The notes: a model not told the origin generated them from the sequence alone. A stretch of 64,000 nt of DNA from Eledone cirrhosa (GCA_964016885.1 OZ024741.1:283340001-283404000), one strand, 5' to 3'; counted from the first letter of the stretch, positions 26,909 through 40,764 are shown. Made by a program: numbers and translations.

Positions 26909-27913
26909 TATATATACACTCTCACACACAGACACATATAGTTTCTTAATAATCAAATTCTACTTACACGTATTGGTCAACAAGAATCTGCTAGGCAGTG
27001 GAATTGAACATTGAAACACATGGTCAAAAAATATACTTCTTAACAACAGAAATTTTATCGCAACTTCAGCGCACTCCAACAGGCTTAGCATAAAATACAA
27101 CATTAGTAGTTATAGCCATATATGTATACATGAAGCAAGATGGTCGCCTTTAATTGACAATTAACTGACGACAACTCTTCTATAACATGTAGACAACCAC
27201 TTGAAATTAATGATGTCTCTAGAGGTTATATATTATTGTTTAGATTGCCACTTGAACTACTGGCTAAACAATTCCTCTGATACTCATTCACAATTAATGA
27301 TTTTTTTAATTCAATTTCTTTCATTTTGTTTCCATGAATGATCTGATTTATGAGAGATAATTCAAGTCATAAATTTGGATTAGAACAGTGTTTGTTAGAG
27401 AACCAGATCACATTCCTCTAGCAATCCCAGGGTTTCTAAATGTCTTCATTTTGAATTATCAATAATTGAATATCCCAGTAGTTTTATAAGAACCAGGTCA
27501 CATTCCTTTGTCTTTAGTTATGGTTCACCCAAGTACCATATTAACATGAACAAGCTTTTCAGACCACAATAATTGTATAGTCTCAAATGGGATTAAGTTT
27601 GAAGGAACAGTTTTTTTATGAACTGCTAACTCCTGATCTCCTTATAGGTGGGTATATCAGTATTTCATTCGATATATACACAATGTAAACTATAGTTTGA
27701 TATATTGGTATTTCATTTGATATATACACAATGTATGTTATTCTTCCCAATCTCAATTCCTGGCCCAACTAACGTTCATCTCTCAATTCCTCCCTTGGGA
27801 GCCAAGTGCCTCCTTTTTAGAATCACTGGATTAGAGTAAACTAGAATTTAAACTAAAATATTTAAAGAGGTGGAGAAAATAAAAGGCCAAACATTTTTGG
27901 AGAGGGTAGAGAC

Positions 27914-28116
27914 TGGTGATTCTCAACCTTTTCATGGGGAAAACACTTGTTTATTTAAATGAATTTCCTCATGAATCTCAGTCTTTTAAAATGTTTGTCA
28001 ACACAACAAGCTGGCAGACTTCAGTACAGTCTTTGTGTAGCTTCAGGACTGTGTGGTGTACCCTCATAGTGTTGCAGACCCTCAGGACTCTGTAGACAAC
28101 TGGTTGAGAAATGCTG
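27914..28116. mobile_element. hAT-Charlie-like MITE
   Basis: TIRs ..TTCTCAACC / GGTTGAGAA..CTG; flanks GTAGAGAC and GTGTAGAC resemble an 8-bp TSD. Confidence 0.5.
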
Positions 28117-28307
28117 GTGTAGACAAACTGATACCAGAACCTGACAGGGACTCTCTACCAGCCAAGAAACACAGAAAGAATGTTAATTTTGGTACAATTT
28201 GAACTCAGAACTTAAAAGGACTTATTTAAATACCATAAAACTCTACATCTAGTAGGGTTTATTAATTTCTTAGAAGCTCTGAATCAATATATATATATAT
28301 ATATATA

Positions 28308-29156
28308 TCATCATCATCATCACCACCGTTTTACGTCCATTCTTCCACGCTAGCATGGGTTGCCCTGTTGTGGGCAATCCTAGGTCAGGTGGCCATGTCT
28401 TGCTCATACGGAACTGATTTTGGCTTCATTTTTACAGCTGGATGCCGTTCCTTACACCAACTTCATTTACAGTGAGTACTGGGTGCTTTTTTTACTGTGG
28501 TGCCTACAAATGTGGTTGGTGCTAGGAAGGGCATCCAGCTGTAAAATCCTCAGCCAAATTTACAGTCCTCATCGGAGCAAGGTATGGCGTGGCCAATTCT
28601 GGCCAGACTTGTCTTCCGGTGTGAACAATCTGATTTATCCATGGAAGCATAGAAAAATGGACGCTAAACGATGATGATGATATGTGTGTGTGTGTGTGTG
28701 TGCATATATATATCATGATGATGATATATGTACACATATTATTCTTACCGTTTAACATCCATTTTCCACACTAGCATGGGTTTGACGAATTGCCCTGTTG
28801 TGAGACAAGCCATGTCTGATGACCATGACCTGCTCATACAGGACTGGTTTTGGCTTGGTTTCTATGACTGGATGCCCTTCCTAACACCAGCCACATTTAC
28901 AATGTGGACTGGTCATTTTTTGTCATGTTGCCATCACGACTTTACAGTGTGGGCTGGGGACTTGGGTGGGGGCGTGTGTGAGGGGGTAGAGTATTCCGAC
29001 ATGGGTGGAGTGTTAGGACAAGGGAGGTGCAAGAGGGGGAGGTACGTGGAAGGGGGAAAATAGTGTGTACAAGATATATGCACATTGGAAGGCAGGTCTT
29101 CTGTATTACTTCATAATGCCAGAGATCTCGATCCTGTGTCATATATATGTATGTAT

Positions 29157-29202
<46 letters not shown>

Positions 29203-29412
29203 TCATCATCATTGTTTAACATCCATTTTCCACGCTGGCATGGGTTAGACGGGAGTTGTCCCACTTGAGGTAAGGTTGGTCGGGTGACCATGTCTCGCTC
29301 ATATAGGACTATCTGGCAGGTTTTCTACAGCGGGATGCCCTTCCTAAAACCAACCACATTTACAGTGTGGAACTGGGAACTTTTTACCGTGTTACCTACA
29401 TGGCCACATTAC
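28308..29412. mobile_element. cluster of four RTE 3' tail fragments (-,+,-,-)
   Basis: repeated CTGGATGCCCTTCCTAAC motif or its complement with CAT/GAT tails. Confidence 0.75.
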
Positions 29413-30435
29413 ATATATACATACATGTAACTAAGAACATAGACAAATCTAAATGAAACTCATGTTATCCACAAACTAAAGCAAACACAAATAATAATCT
29501 TACAATTAACCCTACCCATCATATATATATACCAGACCAGTTATAAAGTAACTTCTAACACATTCTTCGAAACCATACACTAGCCATCAGTGGTGTATTG
29601 CTGGGGGTGCGTGGTGGTGGAGAGGGTCAACTGCACCCCACCAAAAAAATTGTTGTCGACAAATTTAGTCATTTTTGTTGTAAAATTATGAACCTCTGCA
29701 ACCCCAATATGCTTATGCTAGCCATCCTATTAAAACAAAAACCAGCCCCTCGTCTAATTATTGGTATGGGGGTGACAGATGTCATCAGGCTGCAGTTGTT
29801 ATATTATGTAGTTTTTATATTACTCTGTAATGAAATAACAGACAGAACACCTCCCACCACAACCTTTAAACCAGGCATCTGTCACATGTCAAGTGACCAT
29901 GCTGCTAATTACACCAAATGGATTCTGTCATATCCATCTTTCAAAATTATTACTTATATTTTACTATATAAACTAATAGTATTACCTAACATTATATCAC
30001 ATGAAAATCATATATAATATTGTATCCACTCAATCACCACAGGATAGACTGCTTCACTACTATTTAACATAACACAATGCTACACTGAAATATTCTACAT
30101 TTATTAATAGAGAAATCTAAGAGTTAGCTACAAAGTAAACATATAAATCATTATATATGTAGCATTTTTTTTCTAAGAGTTTGTGAGTGTTTCTTTCTAT
30201 TTTAGCTATGGAATTCTTGACTTCATGTCAAAAGTTTCATCTAGTCAACACTTGCAGAAATTTCTGTATTTGAACCAGTGAATGGCATACAATTTTTGTG
30301 GAATGAGAGAGTTATAATGGAAAAATTCTTACAAAAGATGGTACATATATTTAAACCTCTAAAGATAAACAGATGTGTATGACTGTGAGTATATATGCAG
30401 CTATTATCTATGAGAGCCCAACAGACTGATATATA

Positions 30436-31924
30436 TCATCATCATCATCATCAGGTTTAGCGTCCGTGTTCCACGCTTGCATGGGTTTGGACGGGGGTTT
30501 TCCCACTTGAGGCAAGAGTGGTTGTCTTGCTCGCATAGGACTGTCTGGCGGGTTTTCTACAGTTGGATGCCCTTCCTAACACCAACCACATTTACAGTGT
30601 GGGGCTGGGAGGTTTTTACCGTGTTGCCTACACGTCCACATTACAGCGTGGACTGTCTGGCGGGTTTTCTACAGCTGGATGCCCTTCCTAACACCAACCA
30701 CATTTACAGTGTGGGGCTGGGAGGTTTTTACCGTGTTGCCTACACGTCCACATTACAGCGTGGACTGTCTGGCGGGTTTTCTACAGCTGGATGCCCTTCC
30801 TAACACCAACCACATTTACAGTGTGGGGCTGGGAGGTTTTTACCGTGTTGCCTACACGGCCACATTTACAGCGTGGACTGTGTGTTTTTTTTGTCGTGAC
30901 ACCTACACGATCTCATTTGTTTCGGCCTGGATGTTGTGGGACCAACATAACTTTACATTGAAAGGGGCGGTGTGGATGGGGTGGAGGTGGTGGGACGGGG
31001 GTGTATTTTGTTAGAGATGCCTACTGACTGTAGTAGGTTTTTACTTTTTATTTAGGTAAGGCGGGTCTTCTCTATTACTGAGTACCGCCAAAGGTCTCAG
31101 TCCAGTGACATTGTCTTGGAGAGGTGTAAGCGTGTGAGGTCGGAATTTATCAGCTCGTCCCATGTTTTTCTGGGTCTGCCTACTCCGTGGCTACCGTCTA
31201 TCTTTATTGCCCTGCACTTTGTTATACAGCTGTCGTCTTTCATGCGCATCACGTGACCGTACCAACGTAGCCTTCTCTCGAGTAAACAACATCTGATCCC
31301 TCTTATTTCTAATTTTTTCCTTAGTTCGTTTATGCTTTGCCGTTCACGTATATTACTATTGCACATCCAGCGGAGCATGCAAGCTTCGTTCCTCTCTAGT
31401 CTGCGTATATCCTCTGCACACAATGCCCAGGTCTCACTGCCATGCAGCATTGCTGTTCGTATGCAGGCATCGTATAACCTGCCTTTCATTTTTAGGGAGA
31501 ACCCTCTAGCGGCTAATAGTGGTATAAGCTCTCTGAACTTTTTCCATCCAGTTCTGACTCTAGCTACTGTACTTTCAGAGCACCCTCCCCCACTGCTGAT
31601 TTTGTCACCCAGGTAACGGAAGCTGTCCACTATTTCTATAGAACCCTCTGCGCAGTTGAAGGAGCTAGTATTTTGTGGGCACTTGCTGCTACTTATTGCA
31701 CCAGAGCACTGGCCACATGTAAAATCTATGTTCTTAGTTAACTTACCTGTGATCCCACTACATCTTTTATGCACCCATACTTTGCATTTGGGACATAAAA
31801 TGGAGTTTCTACCTACGCCTTTCCTACACACTGAGCATGGCCATTTCCCAGATGGGACCGCCGCCTTATTTTCTTTCCTACAAACTAGAACTTTAGTCTT
31901 AGCCAGGTTAATTTTAAGGCCTTT
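30436..31924 (-). mobile_element. 5'-truncated RTE LINE with a triplicated 3' UTR segment
   Basis: ORF 31097-31831; 112-bp unit repeated at 30538, 30650 and 30762. Confidence 0.95.
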
Positions 31925-32077
31925 ACATTATAAAGAAAGAAGAAACATTAGATATAAATAAAAAGATATAATATACCTAAATTCCTTCATTATCCTCGAC
32001 TACGTAGTTTCGTGGCTATAATGCAAAAACATTACATCATAGAGATGCAGTATTTTTGTGAGGTTTGCCGACTTATC
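31925..32077 (-). mobile_element. PLE pseudo-LTR remnant with degenerate hammerhead
   Basis: Minus strand CGAAACTACGTAGTC (palindromic stem III plus GUC); damaged TGATG core. Confidence 0.45.
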
Positions 32078-33390
32078 AATCCATGCTGGTTGGAGTTCAG
32101 CATATTGTTACTCTCAAGGAAGTGAGTCATTCGCGATCTCACCACTCTCTCAAATACCTTAATGATATGAGAGGTGAGTGAGATTGGACGGTAAATCACG
32201 GCAAGGGATTTGTTTCCTTTTTTGAAAACTGGGACAACAGACTGGGATAGAAGGTTTTCTGGCACATATCCAGCATCCAGTGAGTTCCGCCACAGATTGG
32301 CAAGAGGAGATGTAAGTTGGTGTTGACACGCCTTCAAGACACAAGCAGGGAACCTATCGGGACCTACTGCTGAATTATGCTTGATTTCCTTTATTGCCGC
32401 CAAGACATCAGGGGCGCCAAACGTTATGTCCGATAAGGTGTAACGGGGAGTAACATCGCCGATACAGCCCAGATTGGCCCTATCAGGATTGCTGAAAACA
32501 GAGCAGTATTGTTTCTGCAGTATCTCACCCATGGTTTTAGCATTGTCTTGAAGAGTGCCATTTTCATCAATTAGAGGGCCAACAGTAGAGCCAGTGATTT
32601 TGTGTTTTTTTGCAAATGAAAAGAACACTTTGGGATTGAGTTTGATCTTCTCAATGGCCCAGGCCTCTTCAGCTCTTCTCTGATTGTTGATGATAGACAT
32701 ATTGTTTTGGAGGTTATGTTTTTAAATCTCTAATGATGAAATGGCAGTCAAGTTTATGTGTTGCTGCTGACAGTATTTCAGCTTGTTGATTTTTTTGTTA
32801 GTTCTCTTAATTTTCCTGATGAGCGTTTTTCTATTTCTAGGGATTCTGCTCTTAGATTTGTTTCTAGTTCTTAATGGGGTGTGTTTTGCACATATGTTTG
32901 TAACAGTGTCCACAAATGTCTGCCAGGACTTTTTGATGTTAGTGGGTGTATGAGTGTGCATGAAGGACCAGTCGACATGTGCAAGATCATGACTGATCGC
33001 TTCCCAGTTTGCATTGTGGAAATCCATAGCGTCAAACGGATGGACAGGAGCGATGACATTGGGTTTGTATATTGGACGGTGGAATATCAGATCACAGAGA
33101 ACCATGTCATGATCAGAGAGTAGAGTTTTCTCCACTGCAATATTGTGGATATTGTCAGTGTGATTGCTGAAAATTAAGTCTAGGACGTTTTTGTGTTACC
33201 TCGTTGGTTCGAGCACCAGTTGGGACAGGAAGAAATCATCTATGAAGTCAAGAAGCGATTCCACTGCTTCCCTGTCAGAGGTTGAGGCAGAAGAACCTGG
33301 TGGCAGGCTGTTTGTGGACCAGTCAACTCCGGGGAGGTTGAAGTCCCCCATCATTAAGATGTTGTCAGGGTGACACTCTTGGATGAAACA
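32078..33390 (-). mobile_element. CR1-clade LINE internal fragment
   Basis: MGDFNLPGVDW, LDLIFS, SDH, NPKVFFSF, GPDRFP, VPVFKKG..YRPISLTS, NQHG. Confidence 0.88.
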
Positions 33391-33396
33391 CTTTAT

Positions 33397-33610
33397 GCTT
33401 GTTGTTATTGTGCTTGTGTATGTATTTATTTATTTTATTTTATTTTATTTATTTACTTATTTATACTTCTCTTAGGTCAACAACAACAACAACAACAACA
33501 ACAACACCCAAACAAACAACACTGACCTAAGAGAAGTATAAATAAGTAAATAAATAAAATAAAATAAAATAAGATAAATAAATACATACACAAGCACAAT
33601 AACAACAAGC
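33397..33610. repeat. inverted repeat (about 85-bp arms) around a (CAA)n spacer
   Basis: 33397-33479 versus 33523-33610. Confidence 0.9.
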
Positions 33611-34124
33611 ACATAAACACACACTAGTCACCCAGCAGACACAACACTATACACACTAGTCACACAGCACACACAACACTGTACACACACGCAAACGCAT
33701 GCGCAAAGAAGACAAAATAAAATAAACAAACAAGCAAATAAATAAATAAATATATAGACAGACTGAATAAAAAAATGGCGTAGACATACAACACAACAGG
33801 AGGAAAAAATATAACACCACTGACGATGTTGCAGATGTGCAACGAAAGATTTATGTAAATTATGTAAACTATATATATGTGTTTGTGTCTATATTGTATC
33901 TGTATTATTTTTGACCGTCGGTCAGTCAATGGCAACATTGAGGACCGATTAAGTTAGATCGCAGATATAAAAGACAGCGAGAAGCGAAAACCAACCAAAC
34001 AGTGAGTGTGTTCTGTTATTAATTCTGGCAATATTACACAAATATGACCCTCCCCAAGTATAACAATATTTGTTTCGACACACGATTTCATATAAAAAAC
34101 CTCGCTAAACTAATTCATCGCCGC

Positions 34125-34239
34125 TATATATATATGTATATATATATATATGTATATATACATATATATATATACATATATATATATATATGTATATATG
34201 TATATATACATATATATATACATACATATATATATATAC

Positions 34240-34271
<32 letters not shown>

Positions 34272-34323
34272 GTATATATACATATGTATATATACATATG
34301 TATATATACATATGTATATATAC

Positions 34324-34389
<66 letters not shown>

Positions 34390-34390
34390 G

Positions 34391-34421
<31 letters not shown>

Positions 34422-34491
34422 GTATATATACATATGTATATATACATATATACATATATATATGTATATATATATATATACATATGTATAT

Positions 34492-34565
<74 letters not shown>

Positions 34566-34567
34566 GT

Positions 34568-34601
<34 letters not shown>

Positions 34602-34647
34602 GTATATATATATATATGTATATATACATATGTATATATACATATAT
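34125..34647. repeat. (TA)n compound microsatellite
   Basis: direct inspection. Confidence 0.97.
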
Positions 34648-34666
34648 CGACTGTCACCACATATTA

Positions 34667-34705
34667 TGAACCTGAAGATTGCGAAAGCATGAAACTACTT
34701 GTTCA
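34667..34705 (+). ncRNA. minimal type I hammerhead ribozyme motif (PLE-type)
   Basis: TGAAC-CTGAAGA-T-TGC GAAA GCA-T-GAAA-CTACTT-GTTCA: stem I and stem II pair. Confidence 0.6.
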
Positions 34706-34869
34706 ATTAACACTTAGAATTTAATATTCTATCATACTATTTCATTATAATACCATTATATATTTTAAAGGATTGTAAATAAAACGAGTAAATCAGACAA
34801 AGTTGGAATTCCTCTTATTAATATAATCTTCTATACACAATCATACACACCCGTGTATATTTACCTATC

Positions 34870-34931
34870 TATATACATATATATATATGTATATATACAT
34901 ATATATATGTATATATACATGTATGTATATG

Positions 34932-34965
<34 letters not shown>

Positions 34966-35125
34966 TATATGTATATAAACATATATATATGTATATAAAC
35001 ATGTATATATATGTATATATATATATATACATATGTATATATATATATATACATATATATATGTATATAAACATATATATATGTATATAAACATATATAT
35101 ATGTATATAAACATGTATATATATG

Positions 35126-35157
<32 letters not shown>

Positions 35158-35340
35158 AACATATATATATGTATATATATGTATATATATGTATATATAT
35201 ATATATATATGTATGTATATATATGTATATATGTATGTATATATATGTATATATGTATGTATATATATGTATATATGTATGTATATATATATGTATATAT
35301 ATGTATATATGTATGTATATATATGTATATATATATAACA
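34870..35340. repeat. (TA)n compound microsatellite
   Basis: direct inspection. Confidence 0.97.
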
Positions 35341-35439
35341 TAAATGTTTATAACTGATATAGAGCACTCAACAAATTACTGGAGTAAAATGGAAACTATA
35401 TTTATAAAACCATATTTATTTTATTATATATATTTCAAG

Positions 35440-35876
35440 GGCGACCAAGCTTCTCTTGAAGATGTTCAATGCCCACATCAAAGTTGAGTTTTGCAACTCC
35501 GTCAAGTCGATAAAATACATATGCAAATATGTAAATAAAGGCTCTGATGCCGCAATGTTCGCATTTCAAGCTGAAAATAGCAGGGACAAGGTCACAGAAT
35601 ACCTGGCGGGGCGGTACATCAGTAGCAATGAAGCTTTTTGGTGCCTATTTGGTTTACCCCTACACCAACGGCACCCCGCCATTGTACAGATTGCGGTAAA
35701 TTTAGAAAATGGGCAAAGGGTTTACTTTACGGACCAAATCACCGACAAGTTGGCCACCGAACCAAAAGAGACCACTCTGACGGGTTTCTTCAAACTTTGC
35801 CAGTTCAATACATTTGCGCAAACAATTGTGTACCCCCAGGTTCCATCCTACTTTATATTAAATATACAATACGTAC

Positions 35877-35935
<59 letters not shown>

Positions 35936-37104
35936 TTTCGTATCTCCAAGGAAATACTCCAGGTGAAGAGTTTGTACCTGAGCACAAATATGCGTGCTCA
36001 TTTGCATGATGACAACATGTCTGCAGCATTTGCTCAGAACATTTTAGCACTTGGTGAGGGCAAGGTCCCTGCGGATGACAAGATGACAAGGGCGGCATAG
36101 CAATCGACTCCCTGTGCAACATTGTGAGCAGCCCTTCTGACCTTTGGGAAGCAGTTTTTCCTAATGTCTCATCTAACTTTAAAAACCTTGATAGGCTCAG
36201 CGAAAGACCAATCCTTGCTCCAAAAAATACCATGGTTAATTTTATTAACGAGCAGCTGATTGAGAAGATTCCCGGTAAAGAGCACATCTTCAAATCTATC
36301 GACCGGACGTCAGACCCCGACGATATCGTTAATTATCCGGTTGAGTTATTAAATTCTCTTGAGCCCCCAGGGCTCCCACCTCACATTCTTAAGCTTAGGG
36401 TTGGCTGTCCCATTATGCTAATAATAACTTGTGTCCACCAAAGCAGTGCAACAGTACTCGCATGGTCGTCAAGTCACTGACGCCCCACTTGATTGACGCC
36501 ACCATTGTAACATGGTGCGGGAGAGGGGAGAATGTTTTCATTCCAAGGATGAACCTTTTCCCCTCGGCATCAGATATCCCGTTCGATTTCCGGTGAGACC
36601 ATGTTTTGCCATGTCCATTAACAAGTCACAAGGGCAAACATTGTCGGTGGCGGGCATCCATTTGGGGGAGCCATGCTTCTCCCATGGCCAACTTTATGTT
36701 ACCTGTTCCCGCGTAGGGAGCAGGAATGGACTTTTTGCTTACACTCCTCAAGGGATGACACGCAATATCGTCTACAAAGAGGTGCTATAGATGTTGGTGC
36801 AGGTGTTAGAGCTATGCCGTCTGGAAATCTATCTCGTGGTAGGGTCGCCTATGGCGGACAGATCTGACACCCAGCGGCATCAGGGCCACCATCTTGCAAC
36901 TTTGGCCTACTAAATTCGCTATTGGAAGATTATTAACCCATCATTGATTGTCCAAAATGCTAATTGGTTTGTAACTTTTAATAACCGGTTCAACTGCTGT
37001 ATGCACTTAATTGATAAGCTTATTCGCTTTCAAGCCACGTTTACCTGTTTGTAACTTTTCATAGCAAATGAACAAACCCGAGCAGCGCCGGGCTAAACTG
37101 CTAG
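35440..37104 (+). mobile_element. Helitron RepHel remnant with intact 3' terminus
   Basis: SIKYICKYVNKGSD..RYISSNEAFW; PIF1 motifs ILAPKN, GLPPHILKLRVG, FAMSINKSQGQT..FSHGQLYVTCSRV; hairpin CCCGAGCAGCGCCGGG then CTAG|T at 37101-37105. Confidence 0.92.
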
Positions 37105-37429
37105 TATATATATATATATATACACATATATATATATATGTGTATACAATGGACTTCTGCAGTTTCTGTCTAACAAGAATGCTCTAACAGCCCAGCTAAT
37201 TCATCATTATATGTGGTGTAGCGTATAGTTAACATATAATTATTATTTAATCTAGACAAAATTTACCAAGTGTGATTATCTGCTTGACATACTCTAGCTA
37301 TTTTGATGCCATCAACAGACTATTGCAATGTAGTCAGCATTGATAGACTGTACATTTATTGATTTATTGAGTATATGTGAGAGAAATTTTTGAAGTGGTT
37401 ATAGGCATGTGAATCCACCCCAAGTAAAG

Positions 37430-37930
37430 GAGCTTTCAGCTAAAGAAACCATGCCAAAAAAACGTTTGAAAAAACCCTTTAATCGTGGCATGACAATCTA
37501 TAGTGCTGGTGCCACGAAAAATATACCTAGTACAGGCTGTAAAGTGGTTGCTGTTAGAAAAACCTTTCAGCAGTAGAAACCATGCCAAAAAGGGTTGAGA
37601 AGACCCTTCAGTTATTGCACAACAATCTCTCTTATGCTGGTGCCACCAATACACATAGTAAACTAGTGATAAGAAAGTAATCCAGTTGTAGAAACTTGCC
37701 AAATCAAGAGGACTCTGTAGTTGTGTCAAAGATATGACAACCTCAATGATGCTGGTGCCATTTTAAAATGCACCTAGTGCACTCTGCAGAGTGATAGGAA
37801 CATATATAAGCAAGATGTACTCCTGAACCCCTCTCAGATGTCAGTGACTGACTAAGTACTGACATCATCTGTGACAACCTGTTCAACCCTTGCTAGCATG
37901 GAAAACAGACATTAAATAATGATGATAATG
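37430..37930 (+). mobile_element. old RTE-tail/SINE-tail remnant with internal repeats
   Basis: repeated GCTGGTGCCAC and GTAGAAAC motifs; ends TGCTAGCATGGAAAACAGACATTAAA plus GAT tail. Confidence 0.5.
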
Positions 37931-38391
37931 AACTTTTGGAGAATTAATTAAAGCTAATTATGACCTTGTCACATTTGGAATACAGGAGAGTGACCATACT
38001 AATTACCGTAATTCATCTAGTCTACCTCTTTACTGTTTCTGCCAACACAACAGGGAATCCTCTATGCAACCAAATATATCACAAATCACAGCCAACCATT
38101 CTAAAAACAAAAGTACACATTGGATAATAAAATTCTAAATACACTATATTTGCCAATGAAACAGGATGGTCATAATTGGAATAGGTTTCACCATCGGCCT
38201 ACTTGATCAGGCCTGACATTAGGCTAAAAACAATAACAACAACAAAATTATTATAGAAAAGAGTAATGGAATTGACCAAACGCTCTGAGTTAAATATTTT
38301 TTCAGTATTTTCACACTTTCAGTTCCTGGTTCAAATCCTACTGAAATAGACTTTTTTCATTTTAATTTCTGTAACCTTCGGGGTGGTAAAG

Positions 38392-38700
38392 ACGCATGGC
38401 TTAGTGGATTGTCTTTCTACCAAATGATAATATTGTCATGTGTTCGATTTCTGGTAGTGTCCTTAAGCAAAACACTTTAGTTCACACTGCTCCAGTCCAC
38501 TCAGCAGGTGAAATTGAGTTGTACCTGTAATTCAAAGGGCCAGCCTTATCACATCATGTTTCATGGTGAATCTCTCTGAAAATTACGTAAAAAGTACATA
38601 TGGCTGTGGTATGCTCAGTCATTTGAATGTCAACTTCACAAGCAGGCCCTTCCATTGATCTAATCCATTGGAACACTTGTCAGAACCAATGGAGGTCAAA
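38392..38700 (+). mobile_element. tRNA-derived SINE
   Basis: GCATGGCTTAGTGG, GTTCGATT, GTGTCCTTAAGCAAAACACTT, TGCTCCAGTCCACTCAGC. Confidence 0.7.
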
Positions 38701-39129
38701 CCCAACTGTTTATTAAATGAGTAGATGTTGTCCTATCAGATGGATCAACCCTGGTGACATCTTTGATAAGCCTTTGTCATGAAATACCAAAGTGGTTTTC
38801 TGTTATATTTTACAAGTCACCCATCTTGTCATCAAGGCCAGCATTTTTCAAAAACCTTTCACTGTGATCCATGAGCTTCATTTTGTATTGTCACCCAAGT
38901 TTTGAAGTTTTTACTTATTTTTGTTTAATTTTGTAGATATGTTTCTTAATGTTGTGACCCATTTAGTTATTTCATGACTCACTAAGAGGTTGGGACCTAC
39001 TAACAGGTTGGGTACCACTAATAGTTTGGGATGCACAGTTTGAAAAACAAACAGACAAGTTCACCACACCTGCCTGGACTCTCAGAATGGAAAGAGCTGG
39101 AAAGAATATTGCAAAAGATTTTGTCCAAT

Positions 39130-39440
39130 GGTGGTGGTGTTGGTGGTTGGAGATGGTGATGATGGTAGTGGTGGTTATAGTGGTGATAGTTGAGGTGATG
39201 ATGTTTGTGATGGTATTGTTGATGATTCTGGTGGTGTAGTGGAGATGGTACTGATGGTCATGATCTTGGCGGCAATGGTTGTAGTAGTGATGGTGGAGGT
39301 GATAGTGATGAAGATGATGGCAATGATGGTGTTCGTAAAGGTAGTGGTGATGGTGGTGATGGTGATGGTTATAGTCATGTTGATGGTGGTGGTGATGGTG
39401 TTGATGGCAGTTATGTTGATGATGGTGGTGGTGATGATGG
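39130..39440. repeat. (GGT/GAT)n low-complexity tract
   Basis: direct inspection. Confidence 0.85.
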
Positions 39441-39829
39441 TTTTACTGCTGATATCATGCAGAGAGCCACAGTCCTTTGTAAGTCATCACAGCCATCAAT
39501 ATCTGCTTCATTGTTGGGATAATCAAACACATTGATGGAAGGAGGAGAATAGGATATCAGCACACACACACACACACTGACATACACATACAAACACTGA
39601 TATACACATACACACACAGACTTGCGCAAACACTCAAACACATTGGTGGAAGAAGAATAGGATATCAAAACACACACCGACATACACAGATATACACACC
39701 ATAAGACAATGCTAACATACAGATACAGACTGACAGACACATCTATACACACAGTGACACACACAATGATATACACACTAATACAGGCATACACAATGTG
39801 TCAGTTGTTTTGTTGTTTCTAAGCAACAG

Positions 39830-40150
39830 CTTTGAATACTACAACAATATTAACAACAACAGCAACAACAATAACAACAACAGCCTCAACAGCAACAACA
39901 GATGAAACAAATAAAGTGAATATGGAGACTTTTATGTTGAGTGATTGGAATAACAAGAGCAACAACAGCAGCAACAACACTAATAATAACAACAATAACA
40001 ACAGCAACAATCAATGGATAAACTAAATATGGGGCATGAGTGATTGGAACATGAAGATAGCAGCAGCAGCAACAACAATAACAATAGTAACAGTAACAAC
40101 AACAAGAAAAATAGTTACAACAGCAACAGTAACAACAACAGCAGCAACAT
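39830..40150. repeat. (CAA/CAG)n low-complexity tract
   Basis: direct inspection. Confidence 0.8.
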
Positions 40151-40329
40151 GGGTGTCTATATGGTCACTGAACCTGCTAAAAATAGTAGCCATATATTTC
40201 TGAAATCTCACCATTTCAAAAAAATGATATTTAAGACTAAACTGTGTAATAAGGTTCAGACACAGTGGACCACATGGCTGCCAGCTCTGTATGGCTGATA
40301 TACTGCACATAAAGCAGCCTGCAGCATCC

Positions 40330-40764
40330 CATAGCCTTTTCATTATCATATTTCTAATGAAAGACACTGCCTATGATTTTGATATAATTTTGAAAATAAT
40401 GAAGAACTTGAAGAGGCTTAGTAATAAAACTAACTTTCTTATCAGGCTGGTGTCTGGGACATAATTTCAATAATAATGGATCATAACTTTAATGATGATA
40501 GAACATATCTAAAATGATGATGGAAGATTTTTAGATAAATAGAAGCACTTTAACTTTTGTGCTACTATATTTCTAATGAAAGTTTCTGCCTATAATTTTC
40601 AAATAATTTTGAAAATAATCAAGAATTTAGAGGAATTTAGTAAAATAAACTTTTGCTGGTGTTTCAAACAAAGTTTCTTACATAAAATAATGATGGAAGG
40701 ATTTTAGATAAATATAAATACTTTAAAACCATTTTTTGCCATAGTTTGGTATCAAAAGGGTTAA
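40330..40764 (+). mobile_element. tandem piggyBac-like MITE copies
   Basis: two units; right end TGGTATCAAAAGGG-TTAA is inverse to the left end CCCTTTCATTACCA. Confidence 0.6.
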
